A stretch of 64,000 nucleotides of DNA from contig NC_043015.1 of NCBI RefSeq assembly GCF_006345805.1, positions 22,816,001 to 22,880,000 of the forward strand. The letters are read 5' to 3'. Positions 41,603 to 54,310 of this stretch are shown one piece after another. The notes under the pieces are model-generated. The model saw only the letters and a list, made by a program, of their open reading frames with translations. It searched no databases and was not told the origin of the DNA. The stretch is from Octopus sinensis (Eukaryota). The translations under genes and the position numbers were made by a program. How positions within the stretch are numbered: position 1 is the first letter of the stretch; each line of letters starts with the position of its first letter.

Positions 41603-41603
<1 letters not shown>
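37560..41603 (+). mobile_element. near full-length R4/Dong-clade retrotransposon (single ORF: N-terminal domain, RT, CCHC, REL endonuclease)
   Basis: KWTREDNKEV...KLANVRRNIIKK; WKSPGKD; NYRPITCL; EQKGC; GIFQGESLSPLLF; LFYMDDLKLF; CRVCQQQNETIDHVVSKC; NRPDIIL...LIDMTVP; 3'UTR then (TAA)n. The 5' boundary is approximate. Confidence 0.95.
37624..41410 (+). pseudogene. R4/Dong polyprotein ORF, disrupted
   Basis: Several frameshifts, an in-frame TAG near 39803, and NLSIAFDS lacking the WIDYKKA-like segment that carries the first catalytic Asp. Confidence 0.85.

Positions 41604-41693
<90 letters not shown>
41604..41693. repeat. (TAA)n tail / target tract
   Basis: Directly visible. Confidence 0.95.
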
Positions 41694-41695
<2 letters not shown>

Positions 41696-42688
41696 GAAAA
41701 ACCTCTCTAAAAAACCTCTCTATGGCAAATACCCAAAGAGAGCGAATAATGCAGATATCGACAAAGCCCTCACCCATCAATGGCTAATGGCCTCTGGCTT
41801 AAAATCTGAAACAGAGGGGTTTATCATAGCAGCTCAAGATCAATGCCTACCAACAAGAAACTACCAGGCCAACATATTAAAGATCAGAAGCAGTCCAACG
41901 TGTCGTGTATGCAAGCAACAAAATGAAACCATTGACCATGTGGTCTCCAAGTGCAGTCTTCTAGCGCCTACAGAGTATCTCAACAGGCACGATAGAGCTG
42001 CACAATATATTCACTGCGTAATTTGCAGAAACCTGGATTTGCCCCATGAAAAAAACTGGTGGGAACACAAACCACCCCCAGTGCTTGAAAATGACCACAT
42101 CTCACTCCTCTGGAACTTCACCATTCAAACTGACAGGAAGATAGATGCAAATAGGCCAGACATCATATTGAAAAACTTCAAACAAAGAACATGCCTCCTC
42201 ATTGATATGACTGTCCCAATCGATATAAACGTATCTGTCAAGACCTACCAAAAACTGAGCAAATATAAAGATCTTGAAATAGAAATCAGCAAAATGTGGA
42301 AGCTGAAGACTAAAACAATACCTGTTGTCATAGGTGCCCTGGGAATGATAGCAAAAGGGTCTGATAGCTACCTAACTCAGATACCAGGAAACCCAAAAAT
42401 GGCAGAAGTTCAAAAGATTGTGCTCATGGGAACTGCTCATATCCTACGCAAAATACTCTCTATGTAATCTCAATGTTTAAAACAAACATAATTTTCGGTT
42501 TAAAAAAAAAAAAAAAAAAAACCTTTTTTTTTTTTTTTAGACATTCATTAGTACAACATCCCCACCCCCCAAATATAGGGCGCACTAGGCATAACAACAA
42601 CATGAACTTCCAACCCTGTTGTCTCTTGAGGTCTCTGGGTGAGACTTGGAGCCAACTTGTACAAATATAAAGCAAAAGTCAAACATAG
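41694..42688 (+). mobile_element. 5'-truncated tandem copy of the same R4/Dong element (CCHC+REL open for 226 aa)
   Basis: Near-identical to about 40650-41603; ORF 41787-42467 ends GTAHILRKILSM*; followed by (TAA)n. Confidence 0.95.
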
Positions 42689-42734
42689 AATAATAATAAT
42701 AATGATAATAATACCACCACCATCACCAACATCA

Positions 42735-42781
<47 letters not shown>

Positions 42782-42785
42782 AATA

Positions 42786-42851
<66 letters not shown>

Positions 42852-42900
42852 TAATAATAATAATAATAATGATAATAATAATAATAATAATGATAATAAT
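42689..42900. repeat. (TAA)n/(CCA)n/(CAA)n tract
   Basis: Directly visible. Confidence 0.95.
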
Positions 42901-43069
42901 ATTGAGACATGATTTTATTTGAAGAAAGGACTGCTAAAAAGAGAAGGGCGGCTAAAAGGAGAAGGACGACTAGAAGGCGAAAGATAGTTAAAAGTAGCAG
43001 CACGACAATATGTATTGAAGATAAACTGTATAAAAGCAAAGGTAGACAATAATTAGCTAGATTCCCAAT

Positions 43070-43800
43070 GTGAATTAAATTTCTTCCAGCTTTGGATTTC
43101 CTGGTATACGAGAGAGATAACATTCAGCCACTTTTGCTATTATTCCTACGCTACCTATGTCAATAGGTATTCTTTTAGCCTTCGGGTTCCACATTTTGCC
43201 AACTTGTCTTTCGAGGTCCTTATATTTGCTGAGTTTTTCGTAAGTCTTGGCACATTTATTTATGTTGATTGGGACAATCATATCGATGAGGAGACATGGT
43301 TTTTCTCTGAAGTCCTTTAATATAATGTTTGGCAAATTTGCATCTAGCTTTCTGTCAGTTTGAACAGTACAGTTCCAAAGAATTGAGATGTGATCATTTT
43401 CAAGCATCCGTTTTTATCCTATATACTGTTCCCCTCTAACATATCCGTTGAGATACTCAGTTGCAAGGACAAAATACAACCGATGTTTCAGTTTGCTGGC
43501 TGTTTACTCATACAATAAATTGGGCTTTTGCCGTTCTTTAAGATGTTGGCCTCGTATCTCCTTGTAGGATGGCATTAATCCTTAGTTGCTATGATAAACC
43601 CTTGAGTCTCTGATTTTATGCAAGAAGATACAAACTATTGATGGGTAAGAACTTTTGTCAAAATCAGCATTATTAACTCTCCTTCGGTATTTGCCATAGA
43701 GAGGTTTTTCTTGCCATTTATCAGTAAGAATATTTAAGGCAGCAGTTGCTACTTATTTTGTTGCTGAGTGTACAGCTCTCTTGTTTTGATGCTTTCTGAA
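43070..43800 (-). mobile_element. older diverged R4/Dong copy (CCHC-REL region)
   Basis: ENDHISILWN..QTDRKLDAN.PNIILKDF...LSKYKDLE; KWQEKPLYGKY. Confidence 0.9.
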
Positions 43801-43870
43801 AAGATTTAGCACAATGTAGCACGTCTAAGTTCTTACTCATTTATTTATTTATTTATTTAATATTACTATT

Positions 43871-44133
43871 CTATGTTTGACTTTTGCTTTATGTCTGTAC
43901 AAGCTGGCTCCAAGTCTCACCCAGAGACCTCAAGAGACAACAGGTTGGAAGTTCACGTTGTTGTTATGCCTAGTGTGCCATATATTTGTTTTGGTGTTGT
44001 ACTAATAAATAAATTTTTTTAAAAGAATTTGTTTTAAACATTGGGATTACATAGAGAGTATTTTGCGTAGGATATGAGCAGTTCCCATGAGCACTATCTC
44101 TTGACTTTCTGCCATTTTGGGGATTCCTGGTAT
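43871..44133 (-). mobile_element. about 260-bp 3'-terminal copy of the same R4/Dong family
   Basis: Reverse complement of the ORF end plus 3'UTR of 42380-42688; TTA-type repeats on both sides. Confidence 0.9.
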
Positions 44134-44361
44134 ATCATTATTATTATTATTATTATTATATTATTATTATTATTAAAAATATCATTATTTCTAATTCTCT
44201 CAAAAGGAGACTACAGCAGCGGTACTGGATACTAGTTATCACCAAGCTAAAATCGTAGTCCAGAAAAATAGGACGAATGCTGCCTTTAAATAACTATGTG
44301 ACACACAAACCTGTGTCCATTGAACAGGGGAGGTCAACAGCTTCCCCTTGCTCGTCTAGCA

Positions 44362-44405
44362 GCGACAGACAAGTTTCGAGGTGGCTGCCTCTTATCAATG
44401 TGGAA
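44362..44405 (-). ncRNA. degenerate minimal type I hammerhead motif
   Basis: ACA-UUGAUAA-GAGG-CAGCCA-CCUC-GAA-ACUUGU-C-UGU; two core substitutions relative to CUGAUGA. Confidence 0.5.
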
Positions 44406-44499
44406 TAGCCGAACCGAGCAGGCGTCGCTGCTGACCGACTGTTCGAAGGATTATTTACCTCAATTCAGTGAATGTATTCTGTTTCTTTTTATTTCATCT

Positions 44500-45340
44500 T
44501 AACTTGTTTGGAAATTCTGAAAAAATCAAATGTTGACATCACTTGCAGCCAAATGGATCGGACGTAAGCAACATTAACTTTTGTCGTCTTAAGCACATCT
44601 TCATAATCTCGCCTTGACCATTTCTCCATATTTTTCTTTTGATTATATGATAACAAGCGTGGATGACCATCTGTTGCTTGTGCGCTCTCTTCAATACGGC
44701 TTCCATGTTACTGAGGACTATCTTGAATAGATTTAATCATTTTCTCACTGTTCTTGATTGCTGAATACATTATCTGGAAAACGTTTCCATCGATCTTCTC
44801 AGATGATATGTACGGTGTTTCATTAGAATTGTTTGCCTCCTTAATATGTCTGCCTTGCTCCTTGAGGTGATCAAGTAATAATTGCATGTTGGCGTTCCTG
44901 TTCTGATCATATTTCTCAAAACTTTCCTTTATCTCTTCTTCTTTGGACGCCATTTCATTACTCTGTCATGCGTCAGATACCTTTGTACGATGTTCTCAAA
45001 GACGATCGGGAAAAGCTTTAACCTGAACTTTCAAATTTCTCTTATTTAATCCTTAAGTCTTGCGAACATTTTCGTTTCGAGACGTGCAAATGTTGTTATT
45101 TGCTTCTTGATCTTTCTGCCGAACCTGCTGCGCTTGTTCTCTTTCTTTCTGCAGTTGTTGCAATCTCTGGGGTTCTAGAGAGTCTCTTCTGAGCTTTCTT
45201 TAAAGTATCATCATTCGCTACCTGGGTAACGAGTGTCCTTCACACGAGAACCAGTTTGACATGGTGGCATAATTTGACGCAAGTTTCAAAATAACTTCAT
45301 ACTCAACATCATCAGTAGTTTCCTTGGCCATTTTCGTTGA
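44500..45340 (-). pseudogene. decayed coiled-coil ORF, possibly a retroelement ORF1/gag
   Basis: K/E/Q-rich helical segments such as MASKEEEIKESFEKYDQNRNANMQLLLDHLKEQ, interrupted by stops; family not recognised. Confidence 0.3.
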
Positions 45341-45600
45341 CATATCTTTAGTTAAAAGGAAGAAGTGGCAGAAAAATGCACTAAGAAATATGTACATTTA
45401 GTGCTTCTTCAGTACCGTTGCAAAACGGATGAAGCGAACTGAACGCGCAGCTTAAAAGCCTGAAGGAAAAAAAAGAAAGATTGGTTTGAGGGCTGAGAGC
45501 AAAAGAGAAATGGGTTTAGGTCTCTTTCTCTACTTAGTTACTTTAAACGTTTAAACGGGCTTCATTTTCAACTTAAATTACGGAAACAAGCTATGTTTAC

Positions 45601-45654
45601 ATAGTATAATATAATATATATTATATGTATATATATATATGTATATATATGTAT

Positions 45655-45709
<55 letters not shown>

Positions 45710-45809
45710 ATATATGTATATATATATGTATATATATATGTATATATATATATCAGTTTATATAGAAGTTCATTTTGTTTCAATTAAGTTTACAATGATG
45801 TTTTACACT
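45601..45809 (+). repeat. direct repeat copy 1 ((TA)n block plus unique 58 bp); partner 46873-47090
   Basis: cagtttatatagaagttcattttgtttcaattaagtttacaatgatgttttacact is identical in both copies. Confidence 0.9.
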
Positions 45810-46149
45810 GACATCTTGAGGCTCGATATATACAATGTCAAAGCTATAGCTTCCTTAAACCATAGGCACACACAAGCTGTTAACTGCAATGTCAAATATT
45901 ATGATAATACTAAGTTATCCTAATGTGGTATTTCCAAATCCATGTTATTCAAGCATTTCTGCTTTCTCCTCGGACATGGGTTCTTAAACATTATTTAATC
46001 ATTAAATGTGTACGTATCTGATTGGTGCCCCGTATAGACTTTCTGTGAAGGAAGGAGAGAAAGAGGGAGAGAGAGAGAGGGAGAGAGATCTGTGTTTTCT
46101 GATTATTGTTGGTATTTTAGTGAAAAAATTTTATGTTAATGGTGGGGTG

Positions 46150-46790
46150 ATAATGTTATTTTATTAAGCTGCATCTTTTCTTTTGGGGATGATAATGCTT
46201 TTCCAGATCGCTTCCGGCCCTTTTGATAATTTTGCCACCAGAAATAATATCAAACAATAGATTGGGGTATGCTGCTTCCTTCTACCTTGAAGATGTATGG
46301 CTGCATTGCCTTCTAAGTGATTTACATAGTACGTACGGCCTCCTATAATTGTTCGAGTTTAATATTTTTGTGGTTTGTGTGTTGATTCCTACGCAGTTAT
46401 TACTTTCCTGCGTATGTACCCCGCCAACACGTTACAGTTTATCTTAGTGTTGGCGGTTTATTGATTGCTTTATTTTATGGTTTGTTAAATCATTATTGTT
46501 AGAGTCCACGTCTTTGTTTCGGTAAAGGAATCTTTGTTGCCTTTGATAACTGCAGCGGATTTTAAGCGATTACGCAGGGATCACTAGTTTCAGGTATTCT
46601 ATCACTTCAGGAAGTCGCTTTATGCTCCATTTCTATGGTATTTCTCTTATGTTTCTGCTTTTCCTTTTTATTCCTTCGTTAATGATTTCATTAATGTTTC
46701 CGGAAACTTGTTTTTGTTATGAATGATCGTCTTTTACGCGTAGTAAGCTTGGATTTTGATGCTACATTAACAATGGATATGAGAGGTCTA
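46150..46790 (-). mobile_element. decayed RTE-like LINE 3' region
   Basis: Minus translation EVIEYL, ETKTWTLT and GGKIIKRGRKR loosely follow RTE C-terminal motifs. Confidence 0.35.
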
Positions 46791-46872
46791 CCAACATTTA
46801 TTTGAATATAATATGGAGGATATGTATGTGCGTGCATGTGTGTGTATGGGTGCATGTGCATTTATGTATAAT

Positions 46873-47090
46873 ATAGTATAATATAATATATATTATATGT
46901 ATATATATATATATGTATATATATGTATATACATGTATATATATATGTATATACATGTATATATAATATATATATATATATAATATATATATATGTATAT
47001 ATATATATATGTATATATATATGTATATATATATCAGTTTATATAGAAGTTCATTTTGTTTCAATTAAGTTTACAATGATGTTTTACACT
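46873..47090 (+). repeat. direct repeat copy 2; partner 45601-45809
   Basis: See copy 1. Confidence 0.9.
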
Positions 47091-48337
47091 TCATTGTTTC
47101 GGACATTTATCGGTAGAAATAAATGTTCGTTTGATCCATTGAAAGATCGACCAGTTTAATCCTTCACAGATCCCCTCTTTTATTTTATTGTCAGTTTTCA
47201 TAGTTTGTGTTCAGAGCACATATTTCATAAATTCAATGCTTATTATAGATTTATTTTTATTCTCTTGTTTCCTTCTTTTTTTCTTTCGTTGATCAAGTTT
47301 CTAACCGTATCGTACGACTTGATTTAGTTGTGCCCTGTAATGGTGTCTGCTTAGTTTGTGCTTGTTCATTACCACAATTTATGTACTACATGCTTCTTAC
47401 TTGAATGATTAAAAACAAAATATAATGCAGTATTCACATTTGCATTTGTTTTTACTTAACACTTATTTCAGCTGTACGCTTTTTCTCTTAAGCGTATTAT
47501 CTACACTGAATATTCAGATTTGATTTAAGCAATAAATTACCTAAAAGGAGGAAGTCTTTTGTGATCCAAAGGCAGGTTATTAATTTTTTTTTACCTTAGT
47601 TCCTTTTTTTCTTGTCATTATATGTATATGTTACGATATTCGGGGTTTTTCTTCGGTTGGAAATAGTTGCAAAACGTGCAGTAAATACAGAAGGCATTCT
47701 TCACATTTCCATCCAACATTTTTTACTTATTTACTTGAGTTTAGCAGTAAATATACAGAGAGTATTTATATTATTATTTTCATCCGTTAACAGTTTATTT
47801 GCTTTAGTGGCATGGGAAATTTACATTGTACAGTCTTGTTCATGATATGCATCAAAACACGCATTTTTATCTCAACATTAAGAATGATACAGTTTTCCTT
47901 TCCATAAGTTCCTTCTTGTGCAGCTGTGTGTGAAAGTGGAAAAAGTTACTTACGTGCCACGGTATTAGTTTTATACAAGCGTTGGTAATTAGAATATGGT
48001 TTGAACACTTGTTATACATAATTTATGGGAAACAAAACTAATATAATTACGCTAATTGTTTCATATATTCTTTAAAGGAGTATGGTCCAAATTCTTCATT
48101 ATTGCTCCTGTGTTATTCGTTCATTTTGGTTCGAAATCAACAGTTATTTTGGATAGTAGCAATGAACCGTCTCCCAACTCCTTTCTCTCTCCATATTTGC
48201 TCCTGACTTTCTTGTAATGTTTAACATAATTAGTAATAATAGTAATGATAACAATAATAATAACGGTTATGAAAATAGTAGTATCACTCGTAGTAGTAGC
48301 AACAATTATGATGATGATGATAACGATAATAATAATA

Positions 48338-48520
48338 GTCCTTTCTACTAAAGGCATAGGGTCTGGAATTTTGGGGAAACGGGTAAGTCTATTGCATCGA
48401 CCAAAGTACGATCCTTAAAGGATGAAAGACGAAGTCGACGTTGGTGAAATTTGAACTTAGAACGTAGCAGCATACGAAATACCGCTCAGTATTTCGTCAG
48501 GCGTGTTAACGATTCTGCCT
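48338..48520 (-). mobile_element. tRNA-derived SINE (family of 10093)
   Basis: Minus strand ggcagaatcgttaacacgcc...gttcaaatttcacc...gtcgacttcgtctttcatcc. Confidence 0.8.
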
Positions 48521-48559
48521 TAAATATAATAATAAGTTTTTATGGCATTATATGTCTGT

Positions 48560-50350
48560 TATATTTATAATGAAATTTGGGTAGTGTTGGTGTGTTGTTT
48601 ATTGGTGTGATGAAATCGCTGTGTGTGAAGTCGTTTGTAATAGTGATGTCTGATGTCTGTGATAGAGGTGATGGTGGTTTTGGTAGAAGTGGTACTGGTG
48701 GTAATGATAACAATCAGGAACATGACGTTGGTGACTGTATTGGTGGATGTTGTTGGAAGAAGTGTTTGTTTTTTGTTTCTCAAAGACGTCTCGCCACTTT
48801 GAACCAACCTGCCTGATTTGTGTATTGATTTTTTTCGCATTTTGGCTCTTCATCATCCCTTTCATTACAGAACAACTCTCAATGGTCGCAAAAGTAGCGT
48901 GGTATTTCCTGCGGGTATATTTTATTTTTGTTCTTTTGGTGGATTCTGATTTTGTTGCTTTTGCTGCTGTTGTTTTCACTGTTGCTGCTGCAAATATTGA
49001 TGTAGATGTTGCTGTAGTTGTTCTTGCTGCTACTGATTCTGTTGTTTTTACAGACGTAGCTGTCACTTGTCTCTGCTGGTGCTGTTGTTGTAGTGGTGGT
49101 TGTGACAGAGTCAGTAGAAGTAGGAATCTCTTTTCTATATTTTGTTGCGCGCAAATAGCCTTCGGATGATTTGTGTCTCGACACAGGAGACACCTCGGTT
49201 TTCTGCCCTCAACGATCAAGTTATGGTTTGTTCCATCTGCTAAGCTTTTAATACTTGGTATCTCTTCTAGGTTTTTTCTCGATCCACATGTGCCCACAAA
49301 TACATACATTGACTCAATCAGTTTTGTTTTTGCAGGTTCTGAACCTGCACTATATTTGTTTTGTTCTCTATGTCCTGGAACACAGCTGCCTACAACCAGT
49401 GGGTGTATTTTTCTGATTGTATGTCTCCTATATTAATTTTTGCTACTCGACACACTAGGCGTGTAGGTACCAGAATCAGTTCTTCATTTTCAAAGCCAAA
49501 GTGAAGTGTTTCCTTGCTTTCTCCTCTTCTTGCGACGTATGCATTAGTGTCTCGCTTTCGTCTTGGACACTTTTCAAGTTGCTGCTGTCTCACCCGTTTT
49601 AGTTTACGATATCTTATTCCAGTTGTTTTGCATATTATTGTCATTATGCATGATTTTATTGTCATTATGCATGATTTTATTGTCATTATGCATGTGCCCT
49701 CTACAATGGGTTCAGGGGTGTTAAAATAACCCTCTTCCATTTATTTTTAGCGTGCTTCATACCTTCTTAAATCACCATTGGGAAGCTTTGCATTTTCTTA
49801 TGCTTAGCGCATCTGAACGGCAAAATAGCTTTATTGCACGATTTGTGGCTTTTGTTGATTCCAGCGAGAGTGTTGGTGTTAATGGTGGTAGTCGTGTCGG
49901 CGGTGGTTCAGTTGCAAGTGTTATGCTTGAAGAATTTTTCCTGCTTTTTTTATGTATTGTTGTGGCTTTGGTAGGGGTTGGCAATGGCAGTAGTACTGTT
50001 GTTTTCGCATGTTCTTTCTTTTATGTGTTTCTCTGTGATGGTGATGGCGCGAGGGTGTTTATGTTTTTATTGTCGCTGCTGATCCTGCTGCTACTACTTC
50101 CTTCGCCTACAAAACCATCTCTCACTTTCCTAGCTTCTTGATTCAGCGACTAAGATGGCGCCTTGTTAAGTTTTAAGAGCTATTTCGGAAAGAAACGGTT
50201 TTGTTTCGAAATTTTGTCCCTTAGGGCGGATAACCGTAACATTTGCTCAGACACGTATGCTGTGCTCTAACCTGACACACTATGCAACAAAAACAAACGG
50301 AAACAAAAATAGAATGATGTCAATGAACACAAGACAATAACTCACAGAAC
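48560..50350 (-). mobile_element. second Tx1-like family: 5' region and ORF1 only, decayed
   Basis: LIVEGRKPRCLLCRDTNHPKAIC is homologous to IVVEGRRPRCYLCGSETHLKKTC; LILVPTRLVCRVAKINI; Thr/Ala-rich tracts; no ORF2 follows. Confidence 0.75.
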
Positions 50351-51090
50351 GCTTGAGGCACGTCTAGTCTTGGCGGTGAACAACAAAAGCAAAAGCAACA
50401 ACAGCAACAACGACAACAGCAACAACATCAACAACAACAATATTAATAATACTATGCAACTTTTGATACAAGGGTGGCAAATTATTAGGGATGAAATACT
50501 GTCGATTACATTGCACTAGTAGTTGAGTATTACATGTCATGGACCCCGAAAAGATGGAAGGCAAAAACGACATGGGCATAGTAAGGATTCAATAAATATC
50601 GCTAAACATTTCAGTTCCTGCACTAACGAATTTCTGATTTTTCCACTCTAACAATAATACGGAAAGTGATGAACCTTTCGTCGTTTTTCCATAGACGGCA
50701 GTTAAATATCATTTGCAAATGCACTGAGATAAAATAGTAAAGACTATTTGTTTTAGGGGGGAAAACTTGTGACAGTTATCAAAACGATTGTTGATATAGG
50801 TCTACTTGGAAAGGACATTCAATGTATTGGCAAAATGAAGACATTTCATTCTCTCACGAAGAAACGCACGCGCGCGCACCGGTTCATATGTTTGAAGTAG
50901 ATGCATAGAGATTGGTATAAAAAAAAAAAGATGCAATTACTATTGATACAGAGTCACACAATTTTAGGTACACAGTGATTCGACAGATCGGTAAAGATTA
51001 CTCCAAGTCTCATCTGCTCGAACTCCGTTCTACATCTCTTCATTGTTTCTTCAAAAATTCCTACAGATAAATCTTGAACATTGAAATATT

Positions 51091-51294
51091 GGTTCCGAAT
51101 TTTGGCACAAGGCCAGCCATTGAGGAGTAAGTCGAATATACCGATCGCACTTCATAACTAATTATTATTTATTCGATCTCGAATGGATCAAAGGCAACGT
51201 CGATCTCGGGGGAATTTAAATTTAATATGTAAAGAAGGATAAAATGCCGCTAAGGTTTTGATCCTGGGGTGCAAAAGGTTCTGCCTGTTCGCCG
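51091..51294 (-). mobile_element. diverged tRNA-derived SINE (family of 10093)
   Basis: Minus strand gcggcgaacaggcagaacc...ttaaattcc...gatcgacgttgcctttgatcc. Confidence 0.65.
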
Positions 51295-51895
51295 CGAAAT
51301 GACCGTTGAAATATTGAGCTGATTTTGCATCTACTAAATCAAATCCTCCCTGAGTAGAAATATGAAGCTTTGAAATATCAAATACGCGAAGTAGTTTCAA
51401 TATAGAACTCAAACTACATCGATATTAAACTAAACTGAATATGAACGACAGGAAATCTAATCTAAAAATATACTCTAATGCAGTTTTATATTTAATACGT
51501 ATATTAATATGAGATTTAACAAAATATATGTATTTCCTCACAGAAAAAAGATTACAAGTGAATATAATGATGAAATGAAGATAAATTAGCATTGCATACA
51601 GAATTGCTGGAATTTAGTTGGAATATTCATTATTTTTGCATCGATATAGAGATTTCTATATTTTGATTAATTGAGGTATAAGAACGGGTATTGGAGTAAT
51701 ATTGTCTTTGGCTTGATTAAGCGGAATAGGAGGAAATGTAGATGCAAAAGCATATATATGTATATGTACATAAGCATGCACATACGCACACGAATATATA
51801 CATGCACACAAATAGCTTGATTCACTGGTAGATATATGTATATGAACATATATTTACACACTTCCACATACACACCCACATCCACCCCCATACAT

Positions 51896-51981
<86 letters not shown>

Positions 51982-52125
51982 CAAACATGCACATATACAT
52001 CTATACTTGAATAGATACCGAATGAAAAAGAGAGGCAGATCTATTATATTATCATGTCATATAATCATAATTGACTTACATTTAAAAATTTTAGCAACAA
52101 TATACATGACTTGTAATAATAAGTG

Positions 52126-52167
<42 letters not shown>

Positions 52168-53149
52168 GCGCACATATATATCTTATAGACAAGTATGTGG
52201 GAGTAATTTAGAAGTAATTCTGTATGCATGGATTCAGAACACGTTCTTGCAATGTCATCTCGTTGAACGTCTTATCCGTATATACAATGTGTGTAAACAT
52301 CTCACTCTAATTGAGTAGCGTGGATTATAAGATACTGTTGTTTCGGTTGGATACTTTTCTTCTGCCCGAGAGAAAATATATTCGTTGAAGCTAGATGTGA
52401 ACAATAATCTACTGAAACCAACAAAAGAATCCTCTCCCTAACCCTGCAAAAGCTTGAAGAGCTGAAATGAAATACTATGGGCACGCAAAGTGCGGGAATC
52501 GAATGCGAAATATCACCTTGGCGAAAGTGGGGTGCATCCTTAAATCCTTGCTTATTACCATGTTTTAGAACAATTAACCATGTCTAGCTAAAAAAAAACA
52601 TACAAACAAAATCAAGCAAACAAAAGCAAAACACGGAGGCAGTTTGTATCACTGAGAAGTAAAACTAGTTCCGAAATATCGGTTCCTAAAATCACTTCCT
52701 GCGAGGAATGTGTTCTCAAATATCGTCAGAGTGTTTAATCTTTCAGCGGGACGAAATACAAGAGCGGAACCAGTGATAACTCTCCAGTGTTTTTTCCTTG
52801 GTCTTTCGTCTGCATCTAACACAATATCATGTTGGGAAGATTTTCCAGACAATAGCATGTTCTTGTTTGTAGATTTCTAAAACTAAGAGCAGCTGTTCTT
52901 TATATGAGCTGTTGGGATTAGTTATTTTACATTCACTCAAATCATAATCGAAAATCGTATACATAGCTTTGTACAACAATAAACCTCAGAGCTCACAGTT
53001 GGTACCACACAAACAGTTGTGAATTCACTTGTACTTGAGTTTAAGTGGAAGGTTTGAAATAAATATCCAACCTGAATTTTAAAAAGGAACTTAATTAAAA
53101 AGACGCTCTACGCGCGTTCCATGACATCATGTGCACACTTATGCACACA

Positions 53150-53927
<778 letters not shown>

Positions 53928-54215
53928 GTTTCGGGAGGCTAGTATGAAACGATAACTTTTAGAGGGAAATGAAAGTGAGGGGATTTAAGTTTCGTTAACA
54001 ATGTATCTCGATTCAGAAAGTAACGAGAGTGGAATTACACGGAAGACTAGATTCAAAGATGCAGGTGAATCAAAAAGTCAAGCGATAGCTATTTTGTTCT
54101 AAATTATCCAATCCGTTAGTATAGAGGATTAGCATATTTTTATAGATTATTGAAAATCCAGAAGAAAATATATAATAAGCTATTATATTCAGGGATACTA
54201 TAACTGGAAACACAC

Positions 54216-54274
<59 letters not shown>

Positions 54275-54310
54275 TAATAATAATAATAATAATAGTAATA
54301 ATAATAAAAA

